The notes under the pieces were generated by a model. That model was not told the origin of the DNA, ran no database searches, and was given only the letters and a program-made list of their open reading frames with translations. This document shows, one piece after another, positions 28,097 through 45,711 of a DNA stretch of 64,000 nucleotides. Source of the stretch: the human T2T-CHM13v2.0 reference genome, Homo sapiens; NCBI RefSeq assembly GCF_009914755.1, contig NC_060927.1. One strand, given 5' to 3'. The translations under genes were made by a program, and so were the position numbers. Position 1 is the first letter of the stretch; every line of letters begins with the position of its first letter.

Positions 28097-28745
28097 AAGA
28101 ATAGTTATTTAACTTAACATTAGTTAGATAAGATTGTTATGAAAAATATTCATCTTGTAATTCACAGAAAACTTCATTTCAATTATTTGCAACATGACTA
28201 TACTAACATTAAATACATCTTTATTTTAAACTGACTAATGTTCAAACTATGTACAATTTTGTATGGTACTAATAAAGATCAGATGTGTTTTGTATTTATT
28301 TTATTTGATGATCCTTAATAATTATTCACTAATTAACATGGAAACTCTAACTCAGTTAATTTCTAACACAGAAATATTCCAAATAATATAGAATAATAAG
28401 AAATCCCAGTGACGTTTAACTTTAATAAGCCTGCTAATCATGCTAAAACTTACTACTTGGTGATTTTTATACTTTGAACTCTTATATACTGTATCATTTA
28501 TTTTCTTATGGTGAAACACATTATAGAAAAATTTTTTTTATTATTATATTTTAAGTTCTAGGGTACATATACACAACGTGCAGGTTTGTTACATATGTAT
28601 ACATGTGCCATGTTGGTGTGCTGCACCCATTAACTCCTCATTTATATTAGGTATATCTCCTAATGCTATTCCTCCCCCCTGCCCCCACCCACAACAGGCC
28701 CCAGTGTGTGATGTTCCCCTTCCTATGTCCAAGTGTTCTCATTGT

Positions 28746-32559
<3,814 letters not shown>

Positions 32560-32622
32560 TATGATGTTAGCTGGTTATTTTGCTCATTAGTTGATGCAGT
32601 TTCTTCCTATCATTGATAACCT

Positions 32623-33638
32623 TTACAATTTGGCATGTTTTTGCAGTGGCTGGTACCGGTTGTTCCTTTCCATGTTTAGTGCTTCCTTCAGGAGCTCTTT
32701 TAGGGCAGGCCTGATGGTGACAAAATCTCTCAGCATTTGCTTGTCTGTAAAGTATTTTATTTCTCCTTCACTTATAAAGCTTAGTTTGGCTGGATATGAA
32801 ATTCTGGATTGAAAATTCTTTTCTTTAAGAATGTTGAATATTGACCCCCCACTCTCTTCTGGCTTGTAGAGTTTCTGCCGAGAGATCAGCTGTTAGTCTG
32901 ATTGGCTTCCCTTTGTGGGTAACCCGACCTTTCTCTCTGGCTGCCCTTAACATTTTTTCCTTCATTTCAACTTTGGTGAATCTGTCAATTATGTGTCTTG
33001 GAGTTGCTCTTCTCAAGGAGTATCTTTGTGGTGTTCTCTACATTTCCCAAATTTGAATGTTGGCCTGCCTTGCTAGGCTGGGGAAGTTCTCCTGGATAAT
33101 ATCCTGTAGATTGTTTTCCAATTTGGTTCCATTCTCCCCATCACTTTCAGGTATACCAATCAGATGTAGATTTGGTCTTTTCACATACTCCCATATTTCT
33201 TCAAGGCTTTGTTCATTTCCTTTTACTCTTTTTTCTCTAAACTTCTCTTCTAGCTTCATTTCATTCATTTGATCTTCAATCACTGATACCCTTTCTTCCA
33301 GTTGATCGAATCAGCTACTGAAGCTTGTGCATTTGTCACGTAGTTCTCGTGCCATGGTTTTTAGCTCCATCAGGTCATTTAAGGACTTCTCTAAACTCGT
33401 TGTTCTAGTTAGCCATTTGTCTAATCTTTTTCAAGGTTTTTAGTTTCTTTGCAATGGGATTGAACTTCCTCCTTTAGCTCGAAGAAGTTTGATTGTCTGA
33501 AGCCTCTTCTCTCAACTCATCAAAATCATTCTCCATCCAGCTTTGTTCCATTGCTGGCAAGGAGCTGCGTTCCTTTGGAGGGGGAGAAGCGCTCAGATTT
33601 TTAGAATTTTCAGCTTTTCTGCTCTGTTTTTTCCCCAT
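32623..33638 (-). pseudogene. L1 ORF1, disrupted
   Basis: ATG at 33638 (MGKKQSRKAENSK); fragments EIWEYVKRPNL and RRATPRHIIDRFTKVEMKEK in different frames. Confidence 0.93.
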
Positions 33639-34452
33639 CTTTGTGGTTTTATCTACCTTTGGTCTTTGACGATGGTGATGTACAGATGGGGTTTTGGTGT
33701 GGATGTCTTTTCAGTTTATTAGTTTTCCTTCTAACAGTCAGGACCCTCAGTTGCAGGTCTGTTGGAGTTTGCTGGAGGTCCACTCCAGACCCTGTTTGCC
33801 TGGGTATCAGCAGCGGAGACTGAAGAACAGTGAATAGTGCTAAACAGCAAATGTTGCTGCCTGATCATTCCTCTGGAAGCTTCGTCTCAAAGGGGTACCC
33901 GGCCATGTGAGCTGTCAGTCTGCCCCTACTGGGGGTTGCCTCCCATTTAGGCTACTCACGGGTCAGGGACCCACTTGAGAAGGCAGTCTGTCCATGAAAT
34001 TGTTTGAAACTAATTGGCTTCTTTCTGAACTCTAAATTGTTTGGTTATGTGTTAAGCTTTATGAGCAAAGTATAGAAAGCTGCCTATTGATGATCAGCTA
34101 ATTTTGCATCAAGGTTAGTTTGAGTAAGAATTCAAATATATCAGGTGGCAATTTATTGTAGAAATAAAACTGAGGTTTCTTCTAGTCCCTCATCTTTTTA
34201 CTTTTTATTTAAATACTGGCTTTCACAATTGAAGTTCCAATTATCTCTTACTAATTCAAGAGAAAAATAAGCAATTTATTTATGTGTTATTTAGAAAATT
34301 TAAAATTGCATATGGGAGAAAATTAATACCATTCATAATACTATCAATCACAGATAAATATCTTTTTCCTTTTGCCATACATATCTCCATCAGTTATCTT
34401 ACATAAATTTTAAAATAAACACAAATTTATTTATAAAATATTACATGAACTA

Positions 34453-34736
34453 AGCCTGGCGCAGTGGCTCGTGCCTGTAATCCCAGCACTTTGGGAGGCT
34501 GAGGTGGACAGATCACCTGAGGTCAGGAGTTAGAGACCAGCGTGGACAACACGGTGAAACCCCATCTCTACTAAAAATACAAAAATTAGCCAGATGTGGT
34601 TGTGGGTGCCTGTAATCCGAGCTACTCGGGAGGCTGAGGCACAAGAATCACTTGAACCCAGGAGGTGGAGGTTGCAGCCAGCCAAGAACACACTATTTTA
34701 CAGAGCGAGACTACACCTCAAAAAAAAAAAAAAAAA
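34453..34736 (+). mobile_element. Alu (AluSx-like) with a short deletion near the right-arm end
   Basis: Dimeric Alu lacking the usual CACTCCAGCCTGGG segment at ~34695; TSD ATT(A/G)CATG(A/G)ACTA. Confidence 0.92.
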
Positions 34737-35822
34737 TTGCATGGACTAGATAAGCCTCTGAAAATTTGTTGATAGATAGCTTAAATATTATTTAACCTGT
34801 TTCAGAGCAAATAAAATGATAGAAAGCCCACAAATCATTCTCTTGTCCTAGTGTGGTCATAATACAAAATATGGTGGATAAACAACAAAATATGTTGTTT
34901 TTCCCTTTCTCCGAACAAACTATAAACTCTCAGCTTCAGATATACATGAAAAAATATATGATTTATCAAATACAGCAGATTTTAATAAGAAATACGCTAT
35001 AAGCAAGAATGGTTTGTTTCAAATGTGGCAAGGATTTCTTAAGAATTAAACAAAGTATTCCTGTGATTTACTACACAGACTCACTTCAATAATGTTAAAC
35101 AATGAGCCATCCATAAATTCATATGGCTTAAGAGGAGAAATTCTGGGCAACCATACAGTGCTTGATACAATACAATGCTTGATACAATACGATGTTTGAT
35201 AAATTGGAGGATCTAATGCAAAAGGGTCCCTTGCTCCCTCTAATTCTTCAAAGTGGAACCCCTATATTCATTCACAAACTAATGTTCTTGAAACACTATT
35301 AAACAAGAGAGTGAATTTGTGAAAGAGCTTGTATTGTTTAGAGTAACATCTTTGACTACCTTACAGAATATTCAGGTACTGCATGAAGAAATGTAAAATT
35401 GCACCTATTTCCAGGACTCCTAATAAGATAATAAATCCAATGAATAGAAAACCAATGGAGGAAGAATCAGCAAGACATGTAAGACTGAAAACTAGAGAGC
35501 ACTTTGAAAAGCTGCTTATCAAACGGAGTGCAATAAAGATAGGAAAGAACATAACCAACATGTGATTTTTTTGCAGATAAAAGAGTGCAGAATGTTCAAT
35601 GACCAGATGCAAGATGAATTTTCTTTATTATATTGACAATTTTCAATTTCTGGGCTTAGAGTCTTAATTATGGGAGAAAGTAATGCAGAGAAAATGCTAC
35701 ATAGACCAAGTGTCACGGCTTGAATGTCACTAAACTGAAATAGCAAGAAAATGACTAAGTAGATTTAACCTCCTTTATCTTTCAACAAGAATGACTAGTA
35801 AAATATAACATTAACAAATCAG

Positions 35823-36227
<405 letters not shown>

Positions 36228-36299
36228 CTAAATAGGTGATGTAATAGTAACCTAAATAGGTGCCAGTACGGGACAGAGAGTCTAAAGGTTACTGACTGA

Positions 36300-37240
36300 A
36301 GATTTTATAACGAGGTGGAAAAAACTGTATTGAAGATTTAATATTGAAGACAAGGAGCTGGAAGTGACATCATCTGAATAAAAGTGGGACAAATAAGGGG
36401 CTACATCGTCCATGAAATAAAAGGAAAAAAAAGACTTAAAAAAAAAAGGTATCAGTAGAAAATTTTACCTATGCTTCAAGCTCTGAGTAGGGAAAAAAAT
36501 CTACAAAACTCCACCTAATAATCCACAATACACATTTATTAACTGAAAAGGTATTCCATTTTAGAAATAATGTTAAAAAATTAGAAGTCCAGTGAGATTT
36601 CTGAGGTAATGGAGACAGAAACATCAAAGTTATATATAAACAATATTAAACCAAGATTGCAAGGAACTTCTACAAAACAAAATGCCTCTGATCAAAGATC
36701 ATGATTAAAATTACAAATATACTCACACAGACAAAAAGAGAGATCAAACGTGAAAAGGAATTAGGTGAAACATCAAAAAAGATTACGACACACCAAAATT
36801 AGGATAATATAATAATATTTTTTTTAAATGTGAAATAATTTTAAATAATTAAAAATTTTTAAACAGAGAAGAGACTTTGTAATGAAAAAGTAGAACATAA
36901 TTACAAAGTCTAATTTTGGCAGATATAAAATATATTATCATTAAAATAAACTGTAGTCGTTAGGTTAAATTAGCACACTAGACAGAGTTAAAGAGAAAAT
37001 TGTATGTATTGGAGAATATCGCTGAAGATATTATACAAAGGTGAAAACTACTGACTTTTGAAAAAGAGGACAATAGACATGAAGAACAGAGTATGACAAT
37101 TTGAAAATAACCTACAATGAATTTCAGAATAATCATAGAATGTGGCAATGCAAGGAGAGGCAGTATTCACAAAGAGTGGAATATTTTGAGTACTGATGAC
37201 AGATACATAATATTAAAGAATTAAAATTAGTTCAAGTAGC
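36300..37240 (+). mobile_element. Ancient L1 5'/ORF1-like fragment (L1ME/HAL1-type)
   Basis: A-rich coiled-coil-like degenerate ORF1 pattern (TTAAATTAGCACACTAGACAGAGTTAAAGAGAAAATT); boundaries are approximate. Confidence 0.5.
36602..36743 (+). repeat. Dispersed direct repeat, copy 1 (142 bp)
   Basis: 141/142 identical to 38655-38796. Confidence 0.97.
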
Positions 37241-38211
37241 TTCATACTCTGAGACACTAATATCTGCTCATTGGCCAATTGGTATAAATAATATATTCCT
37301 TTGAATTATTATTAGTTACATAAATGGTGCTAATCAACTTTACATGAAGTAGAATCAAGTTGGGTGAGATATTTTAAAAATACAAAGCAGTCTCTAGACA
37401 TTAGGCTTTGGACTTTTTACTACCTAGTGCTAGGTAGACCGTCAAAATTGCATATCTTCTTCAATCAGTGAAAGTGATTGGCACCTAAGTAAAATGCACA
37501 TAGGCCCCACTGTGTCTTTTTTTCCTGATTTACCATTTTTAGATGAAGTGAACGCAAATTTATATTTTGAGAATAAAGTGTCACATATGGAAACTGTTAG
37601 TGATATTCAGTTTAAGATATATAGGCTAAATTGAAGAAAGGATCAAATTATTTAAATTCCAAATGGAATTAAATTTCATGAAAAAGAATCATGCTTTGCT
37701 TACATCTAAATATAATAACTTCTGTTTTTACATTAACCAATGAGAAATCAGCTGCTCTAATTGGAGAGAATTTGTTTAACTATTTGGTTAAATTTCTGGT
37801 TGTCAGAGATTTTTCTAAATTAAAAAAAAATCTGAAGAATTCTTATGCTAGTGGTAGCTGAAAATTCAATGTATTTTTTTTTCTTTTGTGGCCTCGTTTA
37901 AATTTTCATATTGTGATATTTTATTTTGAAAAGCAAGTTTAAAATAAAAAATATCTTCAAGAGAAAGAAAACAAAAATGATGAAAATAGAAATGAAGAAA
38001 ATAGATGAAAAAGTAGGCAAGCTAGACAAAGTAGAATAGAATTTCTACAATGTTCTAGAATATAAAAATGTATAAAGTTGACATTAATAGAAGTTTAAAA
38101 ATGCAAAATATGGAATTAAGAACTTCTGGCAAGGACTACTGGCAAGAGCAGATTAGATATGGGAGGGCACAACACTGGCGAACTAAAATACGTGTCAAAA
38201 GAGAACATCTG

Positions 38212-38531
38212 GGCCGGGTGCGGTGGCTTACGCTTGTAATCCCAGCACTTTGGAAGGCCGAGGCAGGCAGATCACGAGGTCAGGAAATCGAAACCATCCT
38301 GGCTGATACGGTGAAACCCTGTCTCTACTAAAAATACAAAAAAAAAAAAAAAAAAAAAAATTAGCCGTGAGTGGTGGCGAGCGCCTGTAGTCCCAGCTAC
38401 TCAGGAGACTGAGGCAGGAGAATGGCGGAATGGCGTGAACCCTGGAGGTGGAGCTTGCAGTCAGCCCAGATCGCGCCACTGCACTCCAGCTTGGGCGACA
38501 GACCAAGACTTCCTCTCAAAAAAAAAAAAAA
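38212..38531 (+). mobile_element. AluY-like, with expanded middle A-tract and 8-bp internal duplication
   Basis: GGAGCTTGCAG and AGATCGCGCC motifs; GAATGGCG duplicated at ~38420; A-run ~38338-38360. Confidence 0.93.
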
Positions 38532-38654
38532 GCATGTAAGCTGGATCACAAACAGAGAAAAGGAAAAAAAGAGCTTATGACACATGTGGTTCAGACCATT
38601 CAAACATTCTGACACACATTTAACTATAGTCCTAAAAGCAGACAGAAGACACAG

Positions 38655-38796
38655 TGAGGTAATGGAGACAGAAACATCAAAGTTATATATAAACAATATT
38701 AAACCAAGATTGCAAGGAACTTCTACAAAACAAAATGCCTCTGATGAAAGATCATGATTAAAATTACAAATATACTCACACAGACAAAAAGAGAGA
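38655..38796 (+). repeat. Dispersed direct repeat, copy 2 (142 bp)
   Basis: Single mismatch G38746 versus C36693. Confidence 0.97.
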
Positions 38797-40237
38797 GAGA
38801 TAATATCAGTTTTTCTAATATTTAAGTGATGGTTTCTCTATGGCCTTCACAAGCAGTTTATTTTATACATGTTATCCACTTGAATAACTTATTTTACTTC
38901 TACACCATTGACTCGGAAGCATTTTACAAACACATACATTCTCTTAATTATGCCTAAATCAATTAACTGTGTCCCTTTTAACTGTACCCATCACGTTTGA
39001 GAAAAAGTTAATTTTGTGTTATGGTGGGGTTAATAAAATTTACTACATAAATGCCTAATTTCCTCTCCCTTTGAAAGGGCTGCATATTGAATTAAGGTAA
39101 TTTAATCAGTTTTATAATTCAATTCTAAACTATAAATGTTTGTGTTGTCTATTCTCAGAATAAGATAATAAGATTTCCTATGTTATCTGCCTGCTCAAAT
39201 TGCCCCCAAACGCATACTCCAACTTCCATGCATAAATCTGTTTCTCTACCCACCTGAAAATCACTGGAGCAGTGAAAACCTATTCATAGACCTAGCCAAT
39301 GTATCATATAGAACTTAGTTACTGTACTGAGATATACGTATATATACACACACACACACACACACCCATATATATTTAAATATACACACCCATATAAACA
39401 TATATGTTACATATATGAGATACATTTTATTATATCTACTCTATTTTTATATTTAGTTTATTAACAAAAAAGCCATTTTAATATTGCCAGAAAATAGACC
39501 AATGAATCAAAATGGATTATTTCTTAGCCAGCTGACATGAGTTAAACAGAGTTCTGAAATATATAATTACATTGAATTTAATGGTGATATTTCAGATTAG
39601 AGAAAAAAATAAATGACTGCAAGAATGAAAAATTATTTTGAAAAACTAATAAATTTTTTTCTAAGTGATAAATCTTCCATTTGGCTTAAAAATCTAAATA
39701 ATAATATTTAAAAATATATAAATTCCAGAGGAAATATAGAAGTGAATATATATCTATAGCATACAAGAGATAATACTTAAAATATAGAAAAATAACTTTA
39801 AAAGCTTTACAATAGCAAATTTAAAATATCTATAACCCAAAGATACCACAAGTAAAAATATTTGCAGTAAATAAGACATATTATTGAGTGCAAGTGCATG
39901 AGTTTTGCATGTTTTGGGGTGTGTTAGCCTAAGGAACTTTCATAATTATTTAAATGAGATAATTAGCCAATATGTGAACCAATTTCTATAAGTATACGAC
40001 ACATGTTGAATTTATAGAAAACAGAAAAATCATAAAAATCATATGATAAAAGGAAATATAATATTTTTGTATGCCTGGCAAAATACAATCTTTAGAAACA
40101 ATCTAATATTGGCAAGGCAATGTAGAAAGAGTACTCTCATTTTTTATTGCTGAGAGTATAAATTATTAAAGTCCATTAAAAGGCATTTTTGCAGTATTTA
40201 TTAAACTTTAGGATATCTACAAAATACTCTTACCCTG

Positions 40238-40660
40238 TGTATTAGTCCATTCTCACATTGCTAAAAATAAATACCCGAAGCTGAGTAATTTGTAAAGAAA
40301 CGGGGTTTAATTGATTGACGGCTCTGCAGACTGTACAGGAAACACAGAGGTTTCTGCTCCTGGGGAGGCCTCAGGAAGCTTTCAATCATAGTGGAATGCA
40401 AAGAGGGAGACAGTCATCTCCTATGTTGACAGCGGGAGCAAGAGAAATCAGGAGGGCAGGTGCTACACACTTTTAAATGACCAGATTTCAGGAGAACTCA
40501 CTCACAATCATGAGCACTATATCTAGAGGGATGGTGCTAAATCATTCATGAGAAACTTCCCCCACGATACAATCTCTTCTCCCACCAGGCCCCACCTCCA
40601 ATACTGGGGATTATAATTTGACATGAGATTTGGGTGGGGACATAGCTTCAAACCATATCA
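40238..40660 (-). mobile_element. MST-family (MSTA/B) MaLR solo LTR
   Basis: TGTATTAGTCC...CTGTACAGGAA...AAACCATATCA; TSD CCCTG/TCCTG. Confidence 0.88.
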
Positions 40661-41079
40661 TCCTGTGATATCGTAATTCTACTTCCTATTAGCTACCTTA
40701 AAAAAGCACTAATACATGTTTATATGAAGAAAATTATAAGAAAAATGTGTCATTATTTTCAATGTTAAAACAATGTGAAGTACCTACTTATTATAATAAG
40801 ATTATTAAACAAATAAATGTTACATCTTTATTATAGGTTATTGACTAACATACAAAAATATTAATTAAAATTGATGTAATTTATATTTTTTGTTGTTCAA
40901 TATTGGAATTCCACAACTGTTTATGAGAATTTTTTAGTGTATGATTTTTGGTGGATTTGGAAGCCAGATATTTGCTTTTTTCTAAGTGCCCTTGCTGCTA
41001 CAGTGTGAGCATAGAAATAAGACTGGTCAATATACATCTAAAAGTAAAGCTGAAGTTATAAGCTTACTAAACAAAATAA

Positions 41080-42290
41080 GAATAAAATAACTGTCATGTA
41101 AAATTTGTCTTGGGTTAGAAAAAAATTGTCTTATACAGTATATAAGACAAACACACAAATGCACATACTCGGTAAAAGAAAAAAAGATAATTTGGCTTCA
41201 TTAAAATTTAAAACTTTTAGTCATTAAAAGGCAGTGTCAAGAGAATGTAAAATCAAGCTACAAATTGCTAAAATATATTTGTGTATAATAAATAAATATA
41301 ATACATTTGTATAGAATGAAGGTGATTATATCACATTACATGCTTGTATTAAAATACCTCATGTACCCTCTAAATATATACACCTACTATGTAGCCACAA
41401 ACATTTTTAAAAATTAAAAAATATATAAACACAATGCAATAAGATGAAGAGTTAAATAAAATACTTGGGCAAGAAATTTTAAAAGACATTTCATCAAAGA
41501 AGATATATAAATGGAAATAAGCACATAAAACTATGCTCAACATCCTTAATCATTTAAAAATCTTAATTTGAGCAGCAATAAGATTCCATTGGAATGGCCA
41601 AAGTTAAAAAATCTGTTGATTTCAACAGATTTTTGTGTTCATGTGGAATGACTGGAATTCTCATAAATTGCTGGAGGAAGTTAAAATGATGTAACCACTT
41701 ATAAAACGGTTTGGCAATTTCTTACAGACTAAAACTAAATTTTGTATAAACTTACCATATGATCCAGCAATCTATCTAAGTAATTAGCCCAAGAATAGCG
41801 GAAACACATGTCTATAAAAAGACTCGCATGTACATGTTCATAGGAGCATTATTCGTAATAGCTAAAAAATAGGGTCAAAAAGTAATACACATTGACTGGT
41901 AAATGTATAAGCAAACTGAATTACTTTGAGTTGAATATTACACAGCAATGAAGAAGGAGAAAATACAATACATACACCAAGATGAATGAAACTCAAAAGC
42001 ATTTTGTAAATGAAATTAATCACAATAGACTACAAAAAAAATGAGTCTGTTTATATGAAAATCTATACAGACCAAACAATGATAAGAATAAGTAGATCGA
42101 ATGTTGTTGAGGGTCAGCGTCAAAGGAAGTTTATCTGTAAAGGATCACAAGGAAAATTGGTAAGGTGTTGGAAATGTTCTAAATTTAATTGGAGTTAACG
42201 TTTACATATTTTAAAATCATGAAATTGTACACTAAAATGTGGTGAATTTTGTTCTATATAAATATTACCTAAATAAAGCTGATTAAAACA
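41080..42290 (+). mobile_element. Old L1M 3' end, with a nested L1MA-like 3' tip at ~41320-41420
   Basis: AGACATTTCATCAAAGAAGATATATAAATGG, CTTACCATATGATCCAGCAAT, CCTAAATAAAGCTG; nested CATGTACCCTCTAAATATATACACCTACTATGTA. Confidence 0.75.
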
Positions 42291-42580
42291 TTAGTTGTTA
42301 ATATTGAAGCATGTCCATTTTAGCAAAGCATGATCTACAGGAGGGACCATAATCAGGTGACTAATGAAATCAATGAAAAAGGAAGGTAAATAAAAGCCTA
42401 GGTTTGAGTGGCTACTCTTTGTCAGGCGCTATGATAGATACTTTCCCACATATTTTCATGGCAAATAGTAAATGCAATATGGTAAATGCAAGGAACGACA
42501 AGCAGTACAATCTCAGCTTATTTATGAAATTTTGTTTTATTGCATTACCACAAGGAAATATATACTAAAAATGTGTTTCA

Positions 42581-42906
<326 letters not shown>

Positions 42907-44081
42907 TCAAACTTTAGCAGCAAAGCATTTGAAGTCCTCATGTTGACGTTTCTACTTGATTTTTCTCAAGCCTTATTGTAATTATTAGTAATGAGAAGTG
43001 AAACAGCAAGCTTTTTTAACCTGGATATAAGTTCATTTTACTGTAAAATGTGTTGAAATAATATATATTTTTGAGGAGAGTACCATTTTGTTTCACGCTT
43101 AGGAAATTACTTACCATAATAAAACATGTATATATGATTTGATTTTCTATCTAAAAATTATTTCTGGGAAATCATTTTCTCATTACTTAGTTTACTAAGA
43201 TGCTTTTTAGAGGGAGGTGGTCATCTGAAATACATAGCAATTCTATAGTTTGGTAAACATGGCAGTTCTTTAGGTATTTATCATCCATTATTTTCTGAAA
43301 AGTCATAGGACTCTATACATTGGCTCGGTTTTCATATAGTAAATAAAATATTTTAAAAATGATTTCAATTTTGAAGTCATTTCAAAAATCTCTTCTCGGA
43401 TTTAGATTTTATATTTTTATATGACAATATTCTGCCTGTACTAAAGTGAACATATTTTACAGCATATAAAACTGTCTGGAAATAGTAACAGCATGTAAAA
43501 TAAATTGTAAGCAAATGTAAACTAGTAGATGTTTATAAGTTATAGACCCTTTCCTTGTAGGAAGCCTCTCAAATGTTGTCGTTCACTTATTGATTTTTTA
43601 CTGAAATATTTTTAATGTAAATATCCATGTCATTCAACCAAGTACAAAACATAATAATATAACTGTTTTAATAGTTATTTAAATTGACATTTATTATTTT
43701 TATGACTAAATTTTATAAGTAAATAATCATTCATTTAACATTTAATAAAGATTTCGATTAGAATTATTTTTCTAGCTACTATTCTTATGTAATTCATTGA
43801 AAATTAAAAAACAGTATCAGTGTTAAAATTGTTTAGAGATTCAATCTGAACTTTCATTTATCTTTTTATAATACTGTCATATTTAAAAATGATGAAAATT
43901 CATAAAATTCATAACTATTTGTTTATTCTAACATTTACAGAGTGTTATTAAAGTGGTAACACCTTTTTAGGAGTATATTAAATTATTAAGTAAAAATGAT
44001 AATTTTTCTGGTTTTACTCCAGGTTAGATTATTTTTTTCTTAATTCCAGTTGTCACCTTCATGATACTAATAATATCATGT

Positions 44082-44483
44082 TGATATAGTTTAGATATTT
44101 GTCCCCACCCAAATCTCATGTTGGATTGTAGTCCCCATGCCTGGAAGTGGGGCCTGGTGAGAGGTGTTTGGATCATAGAAGTGGATCCCTCATGGCTTGG
44201 TGCTGTCTTTGCGATACTGACTTATCATAAGACAAGGTTGTTTGAAAGTCTGTGACATCTCCCCCCACCCCTCTCATTTGCTGGCCTCCATTCTCCCTGT
44301 GTGATGTGCCTATTCCCCTTTGACTTCCACAGTGATTGAAAGCTTCCTGAGTCCTTCCCAGAAGCAGATGGCACTATGCTTCCTGTACAGCCTGCAGAAC
44401 CCTGAGCCAATTAAACCTCTATTCTTAAAAATTTCCCAGTCTGGGCATATTTCTTTATAGCAATGCAAGAATGGCTTAATACA
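44082..44483 (+). mobile_element. MST-family MaLR solo LTR
   Basis: TGATATAGTTTAG...CCCACCCAAATCTCATG...CCTGTACAGCCTGCAGAACC...TAATACA. Confidence 0.88.
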
Positions 44484-45711
44484 ATCTATTTCAGTTCTTA
44501 TCATCAAATTCATGGGACATGGATGCTTTAAGTGTCCCTAAGCCATCATAACAGTGGATTAAGTAAAAAGTGGCTTTGAATAAATAGTAAGCTTGTCATC
44601 CAAAACTTGTGCATTAGAAACAAAAATGTGTTTGTGTGTGTGTGTGTATGTGTGTGTCCTTAGCTTCTTGGTTATCAGGATGTTGGAGATTGCATTTAAG
44701 AAACAACTCTGTTCTGTGATGTAAATTTGTAGTATATAACTTTCTCATAGGTAAGGCAGTTATAAATAGTAATGAAATATGCCATATTGTGTTTTTAATA
44801 TGAACAAATGCTAACTACAAAATTGTTTCTTGTAGTTTTTTCTCATGAATTTGATCTTGTAAGAGACCTCCCTATAATATCACAAGCAGTACTGTGTAAT
44901 ATTTATGCCAGATTACTAGTTACTAGAAGCTAGTAAAAGTTACTCTGCTGTTACTAGTTCTTGAACTTTACATAATAATATTAACCTACCAAGGTTGTAA
45001 AACTGAATGCTGATATTAATTCTTATAGTAGGCAGTGGATAGGAGAGAGGAAATAAGAGTAGTCATCAGCTATATTGTCTTGGCAACATTCCTATATTTT
45101 CTGTAGCTTACAATATTTTCTCTTATGAATCACTGCAAATTCCACCACTTGGATGTTTGCAGTTGCACTTTTTATGTGAGTTACAGAGCTGCTAGAGCTT
45201 GCACAGAATTAAATGTCAGATAAAATCAACACAAGTGTTTAATGGTATGAAATAAACCTGACCAGGGCTTAGGGGATTCTTCATATTAGCAAATGAGTTT
45301 CTATGAGTAAGCACAAGGAAAATTTAAATGCATACTTTTACTCTGTAAGAAAATTATGGAGTTTAAAAAATAATATTTTTGTTATTACTTATTGAATAAT
45401 ACTTGTATATATATGTGTGTGTGCTTGGTTTATTAGAACAATTTAACTCATTCTAAATATTCTTCATGTAATTTCAAGGAAGAGCATTTGATTATGAATT
45501 TCAGGTTAATTTTGTTTAGGGATTTTAAGAATATTATGATTCTATATCAATGTTCATTATTATATTATAACGATTCAGAAATAAAAAAGTATTTAATAGA
45601 TAACATATAAACTTTTAAATTTTTTTCATTAAAATTTAAATGATAAAAATTCACTCTCGAAAAAAATAGACACAGATTGAGTTAGGCCACAAAACACATT
45701 AATACATAATT

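Noticed and set aside
35361-35746. Three overlapping short ORFs in unassigned sequence
   Set aside because: They are 60-83 aa with no recognisable domain or exon structure, as expected by chance.
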